DNA from: Macrostomum hystrix
Lineage: Eukaryota > Animalia > Platyhelminthes
Length of the DNA: 64,000 nucleotides
Direction of reading: 5' to 3'
Assembly: GCA_950097015.1 (NCBI GenBank)
Contig: CATNEN010000041.1
Coordinates: 1,178,001-1,242,000, forward strand
Position 1 is the stretch's first letter. Every line of letters begins with the position of its first letter. Shown here one piece after another: positions 49,451-60,190 of this stretch. A model generated the notes under the pieces. That model made no database searches. It worked only from the letters and a program-made list of their open reading frames with translations, and was not told where the DNA came from. The translations under genes and the position numbers were made by a program.

Positions 49451-50883
49451 TGCATGCATCCAAAACAAGAATGTCAAAATCCAAATATTTCAGTGGAAGA
49501 AAACCCAAATATCCCACTTCTAGAATGTCAAAACCCAATTATCCACAGTCCAAGAATATCAAATCCCAAGCAATTTCAGTCCTAGAGCATCAAAACAATG
49601 AAATATCAAGTTATATGATGTAAAATCTAAAGAATTAAAAAAACAAAGGCAAAAACAATGATACGGCCGTGGCGGAGGTTTGTGATTTGATTTTAGCTTG
49701 AACTAAATGAATAGATAATATATTTCAGAGCAAATCATCTATATTTGTATATAGGAAATACACTGACTGTACTTTAAATAATTGATTGCATAAGTTAGTT
49801 GGGCCGGTGAATATTAGTGAAAAGGAGCAGCTGGGTGCGAGGTAAGTAGCAGCGGCGGAGGCGGCAAAAAACGCAGGTAATAAGCGGCCAGCAGGTGGGA
49901 AGGAGCGCGGGTGGACTGGGTACTCAGGCATTACAAGCTGGCCTCCGCTGTAAAATCTGCATCACAAAAAACTGAACAAAATAAACAGAACACAATGATC
50001 CGAGAAACTTCTGCGGTGCAGGTCGCTAATAAAAAAATAATGATCAGCTGTGTAAACACTAATACAAGAGTAAATCAATAAATAGGATAATAATATCAGA
50101 TAAGTTGAGTTGGGTCTAATTGCAAATCACAAAATCTAAATTCAAACAATCTAAAATTTTAGCAAAAAAATCTATAAAAAAACAAAGCTGGAAAACTCAA
50201 ACAAAACCAGTTTTGACGTATTGCTAAAATGAAATAAAGAAAAAGGCGACAATAAAAGTACACGAGAAACTTTTTCATTGATTAATGACTCGCAGGGCTG
50301 AGAGATTGACCGCCAGGTATGAGTAGGGTATGAGTAGGGTTCAATCATTGAGAAGGGATTGGTCATTGAGCCAAGCTGTGCCCTCCGTTGCTAGTCCAAA
50401 CACAAAATATCACTCATGAGTTCAACTAGAGCCATTGAGCTGTAATAGAATACCCAACTCAATAAAAGATCAGCAGCGTCAGCATTAGCAGCAGCTAAAT
50501 AAAATCATGAAAAGCCACAGATTTGATTGGAATACTATGCCAAAAAAGACGTGGGACAAAGCAGCAGGGCGAAAAAAGACAAAATTAGACAAATAAAAAA
50601 ACAGCGGCGCGCATTTGCACTGATTGATTGCTACTAGAAGCAACTGGCAACGACAGACAGTCTGTCAGCAGGAAAGGAAAGCTAGCGGCAGTGGGAGATG
50701 GTGGGAATCAAGGAAGCTGATAAGCCACGCCTGCCCGCGGCACACGTTGCAAATTCAAATGAATTTGAATTGACGCCAAATCTAAGCTGGTGTGAAGAGA
50801 AATTCACATTTGTTTTACTTCTAGAACTTAAATTGAATGCGAATCTTAACGTTACGGTTTAATCATAAAAGTCCAAATTGCGC

Positions 50884-52797
50884 CTAGAACAGGTCCGCCT
50901 TGCGCTTCAGGTCGCTCTTTCGCCACTCGGGCAGCCGGTCGAAATGCCGGCGTTCCATGCGGAACACTCGGATAAAATCCTCATCGGACAGGTGCGCCTC
51001 CAGCCTGGCCGGGTCCGCGCCCCTCGGCAAACTGCCTGCGCCCGACACTCGGCGCAGCGCCTCGTAGGAAAATTGACGCGGCGGCGGCGGCGTTGGCCGA
51101 TGGAGGCGAGACAGCCCGGCGCCGGTGGGGTGCAAGCCGAGGACATTGGGGTAGGACAGCAGGTCCTCATTGTCGGAAGACGCGGCTAGCAGTTCAGCGT
51201 AGCGTTGATGACGCCGGGCTGCGCTGGAAGCGGCAGCGGCGGCGTCGGACGGCGTTGGGTCCCAATGGCGGCGCTCCGGCGGCAGGCTGGCGGCCTTGGC
51301 GCGGTGCTCAGCAGCAGCGGCACCTGGCGAGTAGCTGCGGCCGCCGAGGCATACGAAGGCCTGAGGCGAGGGCACGGGTGGCCTGCGGGAAGCCGTGACC
51401 TGCGGGGCCGGCCGAGGCGTCTGCTGAAAGTGCTGTTGCATCCGCTGCAGCCGGCTGGCTCGGGAAGGCGGCGGCGGCGGCGGGCTGACCGGATCTTCTG
51501 GGCCGAGCAGTAGGGCGGAGCCGAGGCCGCCGAGCTGCAGCCGTCCAGAATCCAGCTCGCGCTTCGCCCGACTGCCTTCGCGGAAGCCGCCAGTTGATTT
51601 CGGCGCCTCCAGCGGAGAATCAGCCTCACCGTCGCCGCCGGCTGTCCCTGCATCGCGACGCCGCTGGCGCTGACGTTCCGCGAGCAACAGGGCGGGCAGC
51701 GGTGGGCAAGGCCAGTCGTCGCGCTCAATCGGCGCCGGCTTGGCCAGGTCGGGTCGCGAGCCGGCCGGGTAGTGGCTGAGCAACAGGGGGTCCTCGCTCG
51801 GGTCCAGCGACGGAGCCGGGCTTGGCGTCCGGGGTGTCCGAGGCCGGCCGAGGCCGCCTCCAGCAACGCTGGCTGGTCGGCGGGGCCCGATGGAGCCGGG
51901 GTGGGTGCCACCGCCGATGCGGGAGGACGAGGCAAGGCTCTGGGCCCTGGATCTGGGCCGGCTGCCATCGCGATGCATGGGCAGGTGAAAATGCTGCAGC
52001 GGGGTCTGCGGACTTGGCGAGCGGGCCACTGTGGCGCATGGACTGGCGGGCCGGTGGTAGCGATCATTGGGGTGCAGCTTGCGCTCGGCCTCCTGCTCTA
52101 GCGTGAGGTAGGAGCGGGCCAGCTGGGAGCCGAAGCGGGACCGCCGGCTGCTAGAGGCCTCTGATGGGCAGGAGAAGCTGCCGGGGCTCTGGTGGCCGCC
52201 GCCTCTGACGCTGCCGCCGTCAGTGAGGTAGTGGTAGTGGTGGTAGTGCTGGGGCGGATATTGCAGCTGCTGCTGCTGTTGCTGCAGGCTGCGTAGTCCA
52301 TGCCCGGTGCTCTCTGTGGCGTAGCCGGTGTCCGTGTTGCCGTCAACGCCGCGCAAACCCACAGAAGCGGCGGCGGTGACGCCATTGTCGGATGCGGCAG
52401 CGGCCGCGGCGGCTGCATCGGCCTCATCTTTGAGCCGCTCCCTGTGAGAGCAGGCCTTGCACAGGTAGAGCTCGTTTGACCAGAGCGTTACGCGGTCGCC
52501 TGGGGTGAAGGGAGTCCGGCAGCTCTGGCAGCGGAAGCAGCTGGGGTGGAAGGTGCTGCCCAGGGCGGTGATCACCTCGCCGACAACGTAGCCGGCACAG
52601 ACGCGGCACTTGACGCCGAACAGTCGCTGATAGTCCTCGGGGCAGTAGAAGCGGGCCTCGCGCACAAAGAAGCCGCCGCGCTCCAAGCCGGCGTGACACT
52701 CGGCGCACTTGAAGCAGTCGCGGTGCATGTACTGCTCCTGCACGCGCAGCACCTCCCCCTTGCAGCGCTTCTGGCAGGCCAGGCAATAAACCTTCAT
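50884..52797 (-). CDS. ABLIM: Actin-binding LIM protein (abLIM/UNC-115-like): two LIM domains plus villin headpiece, uninterrupted ORF, 637 aa
   Basis: LIM1 CLAC...HRDCFKCAEC...CPED, LIM2 CRVC...FHPSCFRCQSC...CKAC, and C-terminal headpiece RLEAHLSDEDFIRVFRM...FDRLPEWRKSDLKRKADLF. Confidence 0.92.
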   Translation of the reverse strand: MKVYCLACQKRCKGEVLRVQEQYMHRDCFKCAECHAGLERGGFFVREARFYCPEDYQRLFGVKCRVCAGYVVGEVITALGSTFHPSCFRCQSCRTPFTPGDRVTLWSNELYLCKACSHRERLKDEADAAAAAAAASDNGVTAAASVGLRGVDGNTDTGYATESTGHGLRSLQQQQQQLQYPPQHYHHYHYLTDGGSVRGGGHQSPGSFSCPSEASSSRRSRFGSQLARSYLTLEQEAERKLHPNDRYHRPASPCATVARSPSPQTPLQHFHLPMHRDGSRPRSRAQSLASSSRIGGGTHPGSIGPRRPASVAGGGLGRPRTPRTPSPAPSLDPSEDPLLLSHYPAGSRPDLAKPAPIERDDWPCPPLPALLLAERQRQRRRDAGTAGGDGEADSPLEAPKSTGGFREGSRAKRELDSGRLQLGGLGSALLLGPEDPVSPPPPPPSRASRLQRMQQHFQQTPRPAPQVTASRRPPVPSPQAFVCLGGRSYSPGAAAAEHRAKAASLPPERRHWDPTPSDAAAAASSAARRHQRYAELLAASSDNEDLLSYPNVLGLHPTGAGLSRLHRPTPPPPRQFSYEALRRVSGAGSLPRGADPARLEAHLSDEDFIRVFRMERRHFDRLPEWRKSDLKRKADLF

Positions 52798-54584
52798 TGC
52801 CGCTGCTGCTGCTTGTTCCTGTCACTCTGGCTGGCTACACAGGGCGGTTGCAGGCCGGCGGACAAAGCAGCCCTGGCTGCAAGGGAGGCAAAAAATCAAT
52901 CAAGCCTTAAACACAAACTCGCAAACATTCATGGCTTGAACTTAAACAGGAAGGAGGAAAATTAACCTTATTTACAAGAAGTAATATAATAATAAAATTT
53001 TCTGCTTAAAGTTAGCATTAGCTTAGTATCTATTCAATGTGGTTCTTTTAAACTGATTTTAAGTTCGATTGCATTGAAAAAAAACATTAAAATTTATTAA
53101 CTATCATTAAGGTATTTAAGCAATTTAGTGTACTTACATAATTACAAAATAATTATTGCATTATTGCTTTGAAATGGAAATGCAAGTGTCTACAGGTTAT
53201 TCTAAGCCAAGTAATAAACTGCTAATACTAATTATTTTCAACAAGCAATAAGTATTTGAAACTTTGCCATAGTATTGTTGTATATGTATATGAACATGGA
53301 TGGAAAAAATTGGTTTATGGTTATGACAGAACTCTAGTATATAAATTACATGAAATTTTATAGATACCTAAATTTTTAGGGCCTGTGGCAGCCTAGATAA
53401 AAGGGATCAAAAGGGAGTGGGCCTAAAGATTACATATCACAAACATGTGTGATATGTGCGATATCACAAACTAACTACATGTATACAGACATAATCCACT
53501 GTGGTCCCATTGCACTCGATTGCAGTCCAGTGTGGTCCACTATGTTTTAGTGTAGCTAATGCTCACATTGACCTACCCTAGGCCTAACTACATATAAATA
53601 TTTATTTAAAATGTCAATGACAACTTTATTTTACAATTGTTTGTACAAAAAAATGAAAAGTACTTAATTTAGCTATTTCAAAGGTCAAGGAAAGACTAAG
53701 AGGATTACAGGATCTAAGGATATAGAATCCAAGCCTACAATATCTAATTGCAACAAAGAAAATAGAAATTAAATATAAAAAAGAGAGAAATTATATAAAA
53801 AAGTGGAAGTCATATCCCCATGTTTTGTGCACTAGACAATGATTGATTACTATAAGAACATGACCAAGACTGCCACAGCTCTGACTGGCTCTGACAATAA
53901 AGGGTTGAAAAGTCAGCACATTTCTTCTTTTCTAATGAGCCATGATTGAAGGATACCTGGACACTTAGTCATCTTACAACTTTGTCATCCAGATGACAAT
54001 CTGTCCAATATCTCAGAGGGTGGATGATGAGACTTAGACTTTTGCACACTTTTCATCTATAAAACAAAAGTTTTCAGAGTTAGAACAGAACCACCCCCCT
54101 ACCCCTCCTCACATGTTGGCACCTATCTTTCAACTCTTATAATAAAATCAGTTTTGACACCTCTTTTGACAATTTAGAGTGTGAAGTGTGTTCATACCTT
54201 TGCCACACCATCCCCACCCTCACTTTATTGATGAAAACTTGATTGCTTGTTATTAATAGATGACGAACTGACCAAACTTTAAAGCATGCCAATTGGCTGG
54301 ATGACGAAGTGTACTACCTTCAAAGTGGATGACGAAGTTGTAAGATGATGAAGTGTCTAGGATCTGATTGGAGTAGGTATTTGCTTTGGAATTCAAGAGT
54401 AGGCCTAGGGAGAACTGAGCTTTGCTCATTGGCTATTGTTTCACATGTTATGTACACATTCCACAAAACAGAGTAAGAGCTTAACCAAAAACTTTAGTTT
54501 TTAGTTCTGATTTTAGTCAGACCAAAGTAGTAGTTTTTTTAATAAACTACTTAATAAAATGAAATTTTATAAATGTTAAATTAA

Positions 54585-55265
54585 AGGCAGGGCTTATTCC
54601 CACAGTCCCATGCCAATAATTTCAATTTTATCTACACGGATCTGTGCCAATAATTTTCTGCTTATCCACATGGCAGCTTGTATGAATAGGTCTAAAACTC
54701 TATATAAATATGCAGTGCCGTTAATTTCAATTTTATCCACACAGTTGTTCTTTGAAACGAGGCCCTTTTGGGTTCGAACGTTTTGTTGAACCCTCAAGCC
54801 AATAGATCAACAAAGTTGCCAGTGTGTTATGACAGTGTTCTACATTTTGACCTACACATTCATTAACCTACATTAATGTCATCCTTTTTAATTATTGTAA
54901 TAACAACTTACTAAAACTTTTGTCATCATTATGTGTTTTCATTTGAATTGTATTGACTTACAACAAAGTAAGAAGTCTATCAAAGAAAATCATATGAGTC
55001 AACCAGCAGAATTCTAGTCAGCACCACACTTGTCACACATATTATACATCATTGTTATTCTTTTACAATATGCATTGATAGTGTACACTAGGCCTATACA
55101 CTATACTCTGAAGCAAAAGCCTTATGCTCAGAGAAAATAGGTAGGGACTTGCAAGTAGACCTATTCATACAAGCTGCCGTGTGGAAAAGCAGAAAATTAT
55201 TGGCATGGATCCGTGTGGATAAAATTGAAATTATAGGCACGGGACCGTAGGAATAAGCACTTCCT
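54585..55265. mobile_element. Degenerate MITE with about 100-bp inverted termini
   Basis: GCTTATTCCCACAGTCCC...GCAGCTTGTATGAATAGGTC is mirrored by GACCTATTCATACAAGCTGC...GGGACCGTAGGAATAAGC. No clean TSD. Confidence 0.6.
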
Positions 55266-55929
55266 ATATTAAAAGTTTATATTATACATTTATTAAATTT
55301 TTTTAAATAAAAAAATATCTTATAAATATAATATGGCTCTAACTAAGAGCTGCTTATGTCTACTTGATCTGAAATCTCAATTGTGAAAAAAAGCAAACTA
55401 TGCATCACATTAAAACATATTTTATCATATAAATACAACTTCATATTTCATGCATGGCTTTTTGCAAGAAAACTAGAAAAAAAGAATTATTCTTGACACT
55501 ATAATGATCAAACTATCAGTATATATTAAGCATAATACTCCATATACTTTTACCTTTTTCACTGGACAACAAAACTATCTGACTGAAGAGGCTATTAAAA
55601 ATGTCAATGATACTACAAATTGTAAGTTAAGTCAAAGAACAAGAGGAAAGTTTTTACAAAAAACCAAGCACCGGCAATTTAAAAAGCGGCGCGGTGTCGT
55701 TTGCACGCTGAGCACTGATCTTATTTTTTTAAGTGAATCTACTAGACACGAAATTAAAATAGATAAATTAGAAATAAGTTTGTCTTAACAAAAACAAAGA
55801 TGATAGTGCAACCTAAATAAAATACTACAGTACATGAAGTAAAAATATTGACTTAGCTCACATCAAAGAAGCTTTAGAAGCTGAGGCACGATTTTCGGAA
55901 CACTCAAACAACCTAAAAGTTTAATTTAA

Positions 55930-57133
55930 GGGTGCGTTCGGGTAGCTTAAAATGACTTAAAATGAACTTAAACTGCAGTTTAAGTTCATTTTAACCTCTT
56001 TAATAAAACAAAAGCTAAACAGACTAAATGTCGAAATAAAGTAAAAAGATTGAAGCTGAATGGTTAAGTAGAATAACCGAATAATTAGTCTTTACATTTC
56101 CGTCTTGAAATTGTGTAGTTTTGGTATCAGATGTACAGTAGCCGTACGCGCACAAATTTGACTTTCGAACTTTCGCGTAGTTTAATTTGAATATTAATAT
56201 CATTTAATTTAATTAGTGTGAACTCATTGTCTTGCTTCGCTTGTATTCTTCCAATTGATCATGTAGTGGTTATATTAAGGTCTTAATTTTCAGTAGTTAC
56301 AGAAACCAATAAGTAAAGTTCAAGCGAAGTAGGACAATGACCATTGTTTCAATGAAGATGTAAATGTGTACTGAAAAAATCACCAGTTTTTAGTTTGTTG
56401 AAAAAACAGTAAAAATTTTGTGCACTGCGCATAAGTGTACAAAGAGAAGTTTTTTTTATTTTTGTGCAGAAATAAGTAAAAATATAAATATAAAAAAAGA
56501 ATGTTTCTGTCGAAATTAAATGTTTCTATTTAATTACTAAGAAATATATCACTGGATTCGTCTTTTAATTTTGCATCGAATGATTTCAGTTACAGCTCTG
56601 AAAGTTTCTTCGGAGCAAAGATATTTGCATTTAAATGAGTATTTTTAACCACGTACATTTTTTCTTTTGATTTCTAGCTTCATTCAGGCCCGAGGCCCCT
56701 AATGGATAAGATACTTTCTGCGCAATCGAGCGGACTGGGTTCGAATCCCAGAAGCCAATAATTTTTTTAAATCAAGAGGCTTTTATCTATCACTTAAGTA
56801 TACTGCTTTCAATAATTTAATTTTCGCACATTTGCTAATATATTTGAAGACTGCCCGGTGTACTACACATTCTAAATAAAATACGCGTACAAGTTTGCAT
56901 GTCAAATTTGCGCGCATACGGCTACTGTACAACTGATACCAAAACTACACAATTTCAAGACGGAAATGTAAAGACTAATTATTCGGTTATTCTACTTAAC
57001 CATTCAGCTTCAATCTTTTTACTTTATTTCGACATTTAGTCTGTTTAGCTTTTGTTTTATTAAAGAGGTTAAAATGAACTTAAACTGCAGTTTAAGTTCA
57101 TTTTAAGTCATTTTAAGCTACCCGAACGCACCC
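55930..57133. mobile_element. PIF/Harbinger (Tourist-like) non-autonomous element with about 233-bp TIRs
   Basis: GGGTGCGTTCGGGTAGC...GCTACCCGAACGCACCC. Near-perfect TIRs at 55930-56162 and 56901-57133. TAA TSD on both sides. Confidence 0.92.
56687..56768 (+). ncRNA. tRNA-like (Pol III-type) sequence inside the PIF/Harbinger element; probably a pseudo-tRNA or SINE head
   Basis: D-loop-like CTAATGGATAAG, perfect T arm CTGGG-TTCGAAT-CCCAG and a downstream T7 run. The acceptor stem is incomplete. Confidence 0.45.
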
Positions 57134-58184
57134 TAATATTGCTGATAATTCGCAATAATTCGCCAGAGCCAACTACTAATAATTCGTTTTTTTATAAATA
57201 ATATAAAATCTCTTGGCTGTCACTTATGCCTTTTAGCACTATGATAATGCTATCTCTCTATTAAATATTGTATCTAATTTTGCATAACTTTAGCATAGTT
57301 TGAGATTAAAAAGAAGTTTATTGATCACATTTGTTACAACTTACAATAAATTAGCTATGCATAAATATACATAAGGAGTAAGGTTGTAAAGTAACTTAAG
57401 TTGCCTTATATTTTGTGCATATATCATCACTGTACTATAATTAGTAGTCAATAGCACTTACACTTAGGTCTTAGCTATATTCTCTTAAACAAAAAATTAC
57501 TATTTTATTTTATTTAGGACTTAAATTTACATAGTTCATTGTAGATAATGCTACAATGCTAGGCCTTCTGATGCACAGTTGTATAACTTGCACAAACTTT
57601 AATATTAAAATAAAGGTTTTCTATCAATTACTATAAATTGCCCTTAATTGTTGCAATGAGTGCATAGAATCAAGGAGAGATCTAACTCTGGATATGAAAA
57701 TTTAGAATGTAAAAATTCTGGTCATAGCGAAAAAGCATATTGCCAATGCATTCTATAGCCTCAGTATGGTGTATGTATTTAACATTGGTAAAAACTGATT
57801 GGCCAAAGTTATATACACTAAGAACTCTTGTGATATTTTGACTTAGGTCTCTCTTTGCGTTGAGATCCCTAAATGAGGTCGGGTGTCCTACTCTTTGTGA
57901 GAGACTCTATTGCTGTGACTCGAAAATAACAAAGACAAGACGGTTCAGGATTCCAAGCTAAACAGCTGATAATTTAGTGTTAGTTGGTCAACAAGAGAAG
58001 GCTATGGATGATTAATTCCCCTGGCAGCGCTCTTTCCGCCCCTGCCAGGTACTGTACTTGATTAAATATTAGGCTCACAACCTGCACTGGTAAATTACTA
58101 ATAAAATCTTGGTAGCCTCAACACAAGAACACGCGAACTCTACTCGAAAATACTCTGGACACAAACAAGAACTCACGAAAATAA

Positions 58185-58948
58185 TGTGACAATTAACACC
58201 TATACAAAAGCATAGTCCCTATGACAAAACAAGATAAATAATACGACCTAACCCAAAGTCCTTAGTCTGAACCGAGGCGACCAGCAAGCACTTCTGCACT
58301 ATGGCACAACAATAGTTCTATTGTGCCACACCTAATGTCAATTTGATGGTGTCCCACCGATGATGGTCAGAGATATGGAGAGTACTTCTGTGCTTGCCAA
58401 TCCCTATCTAACACTCCGTCAGCAGTTGGCCAGACGTACCGAGCTCAGTGCAAGCTACTTACTGACGTGGGATTGAGTGTGAGGTTTTCTTTGGCTAACT
58501 AGTTGGACCGGCTTACCTGTCCCAGTATCTATTACTAGGATGCATTACAACGATTGCAACGAAGATGCATGAAATGCACATGAAAAAAACATGACACATG
58601 ATAAGACACACAATGATGATACGCACGGTAAGACACACGATGATGAATCAAATTGACAATGCAATAGTCAGTTATATAGTCAAGCGCCTGCCCCAACCCT
58701 CATCAAAGCCTGGGTGCCGGCTGCGCCACTTGTTCTCCTGCCAGGTCAACCCTGCCGGTTAGTGAACTGACTGCTGATTGGCCTGGCCCGGGGTATCGCG
58801 CTTAAGTCGGTCGCATCAAATTGGCTAGCTGTCCTCCTATTGGCTGGGCCTACCAGACCGGGGTTAGTCCAATGCCTTGGCTAGGGTGACTGGCCAATCG
58901 CGTGTGTAGGCCTGGCTGGCGCGCATGTACAAAAACAACCCTGTTACA
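58185..58948. mobile_element. Probable solo LTR
   Basis: TGTGAC...GTTACA termini with ATAA on both sides (4-bp TSD) and no internal ORF. The left boundary is uncertain; an alternative TG end lies near 57830. Confidence 0.5.
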
Positions 58949-60190
58949 ATAATTCATTAATGTTGAGTGCGCGAAAATGTTACTTCAAGTAGAAATATAT
59001 GCATTATAAAATAAACATGCCGACACTACACTCTGCCCTAAAATGTTTGCATTCTAAAATTATAGCATGTATGTATTTAGTTAATAGCAATTAGTTCACT
59101 CAATTTCTAAGCTTTGAACCACTTGTGCATGACATCCTAAATGAAGTGGCTCCACTGCACAGACACCTCAGCTTCAATTCTGTACATAACACAAGGAGAA
59201 CTGTGAGTTACAAGGTGAAATGGCAGTTTCAGAAGACAAAAAATCTTTTTTATGGTATGGGTACAGCAAATGGTCATCAAGAGCAGTGCTTACCTTTGCA
59301 GAGTATTCAGTACTTTAGGTATTCAAGTTTGGGAAATTAATTTTGAAACTTTAACTTGAAGTTTCAGATCATAATAATTTCTCTTTAAAAGTTACATTGA
59401 AGTGATTGCCTTCCAAAAACAAATATATATTCATTCAACAGTTGTAAACAATGTGCAGTTTCTCTTGTTGAAGCTGAAATTTTAATAGCACTGTAGACAC
59501 ATTTCAAAGGTGATCATGAACCAGAAATAGTATGTTAAAGAATGTTTTTCACCCAAAAATTGGCTTAAAGGCTAAATAACAAAATGACAGCTTAATTTTT
59601 GTACTAAATTTTTTTTTTATATTCTACTTTTATATTACTTAGTTTTGTATTATTAACAGCTTAGAACTTTGTTTATTCATGGTAGCCTATGCTCTTTTAC
59701 TAAGGCTTGTGAATCAATAGCTAGCTAGCCATAATGTTTGAACACAAAAGTTGATAAAGGCAAGCTGTTGGTGGTCATAGACAATAAATATGATCCTGTA
59801 GCTACATATATTCTTGCAATCTACCTTAAATTTGACCTATAAGAGTTCTTAATTAATACTTCTATATTTTTATATTCGGTATACATTCAAGTGAGTTTCA
59901 CATTATTTTTATGATTTGTTTTAATGTAGGCATGCATTTGGAAAGTATGCATATGTAGCAATTAAAATACAGTGTAGCTGTTAAAAAATTGTTATAAAAT
60001 TTGTTAGCATGGAATAAGCAGTAGTATTTGTAATCATGCCTTCAAAAGACAAAGACATGTGAATTATATTTTATATTCTGTGATTTATATTTTATTTTTG
60101 CTGGCTGTTCACAATATAGGTATCATTGTCCATTTTCGAACCTGACTGCATTCCCCAACGCCAAATCCCTTGCAGCCACCCAGACCGGAC

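Noticed and set aside
50878-52965. Overlapping antisense and alternative-frame ORFs over abLIM, and likewise over nAChR, BACE and PQ-loop exons
   Set aside because: These are expected shadow ORFs of GC-rich coding sequence with no recognisable domains.
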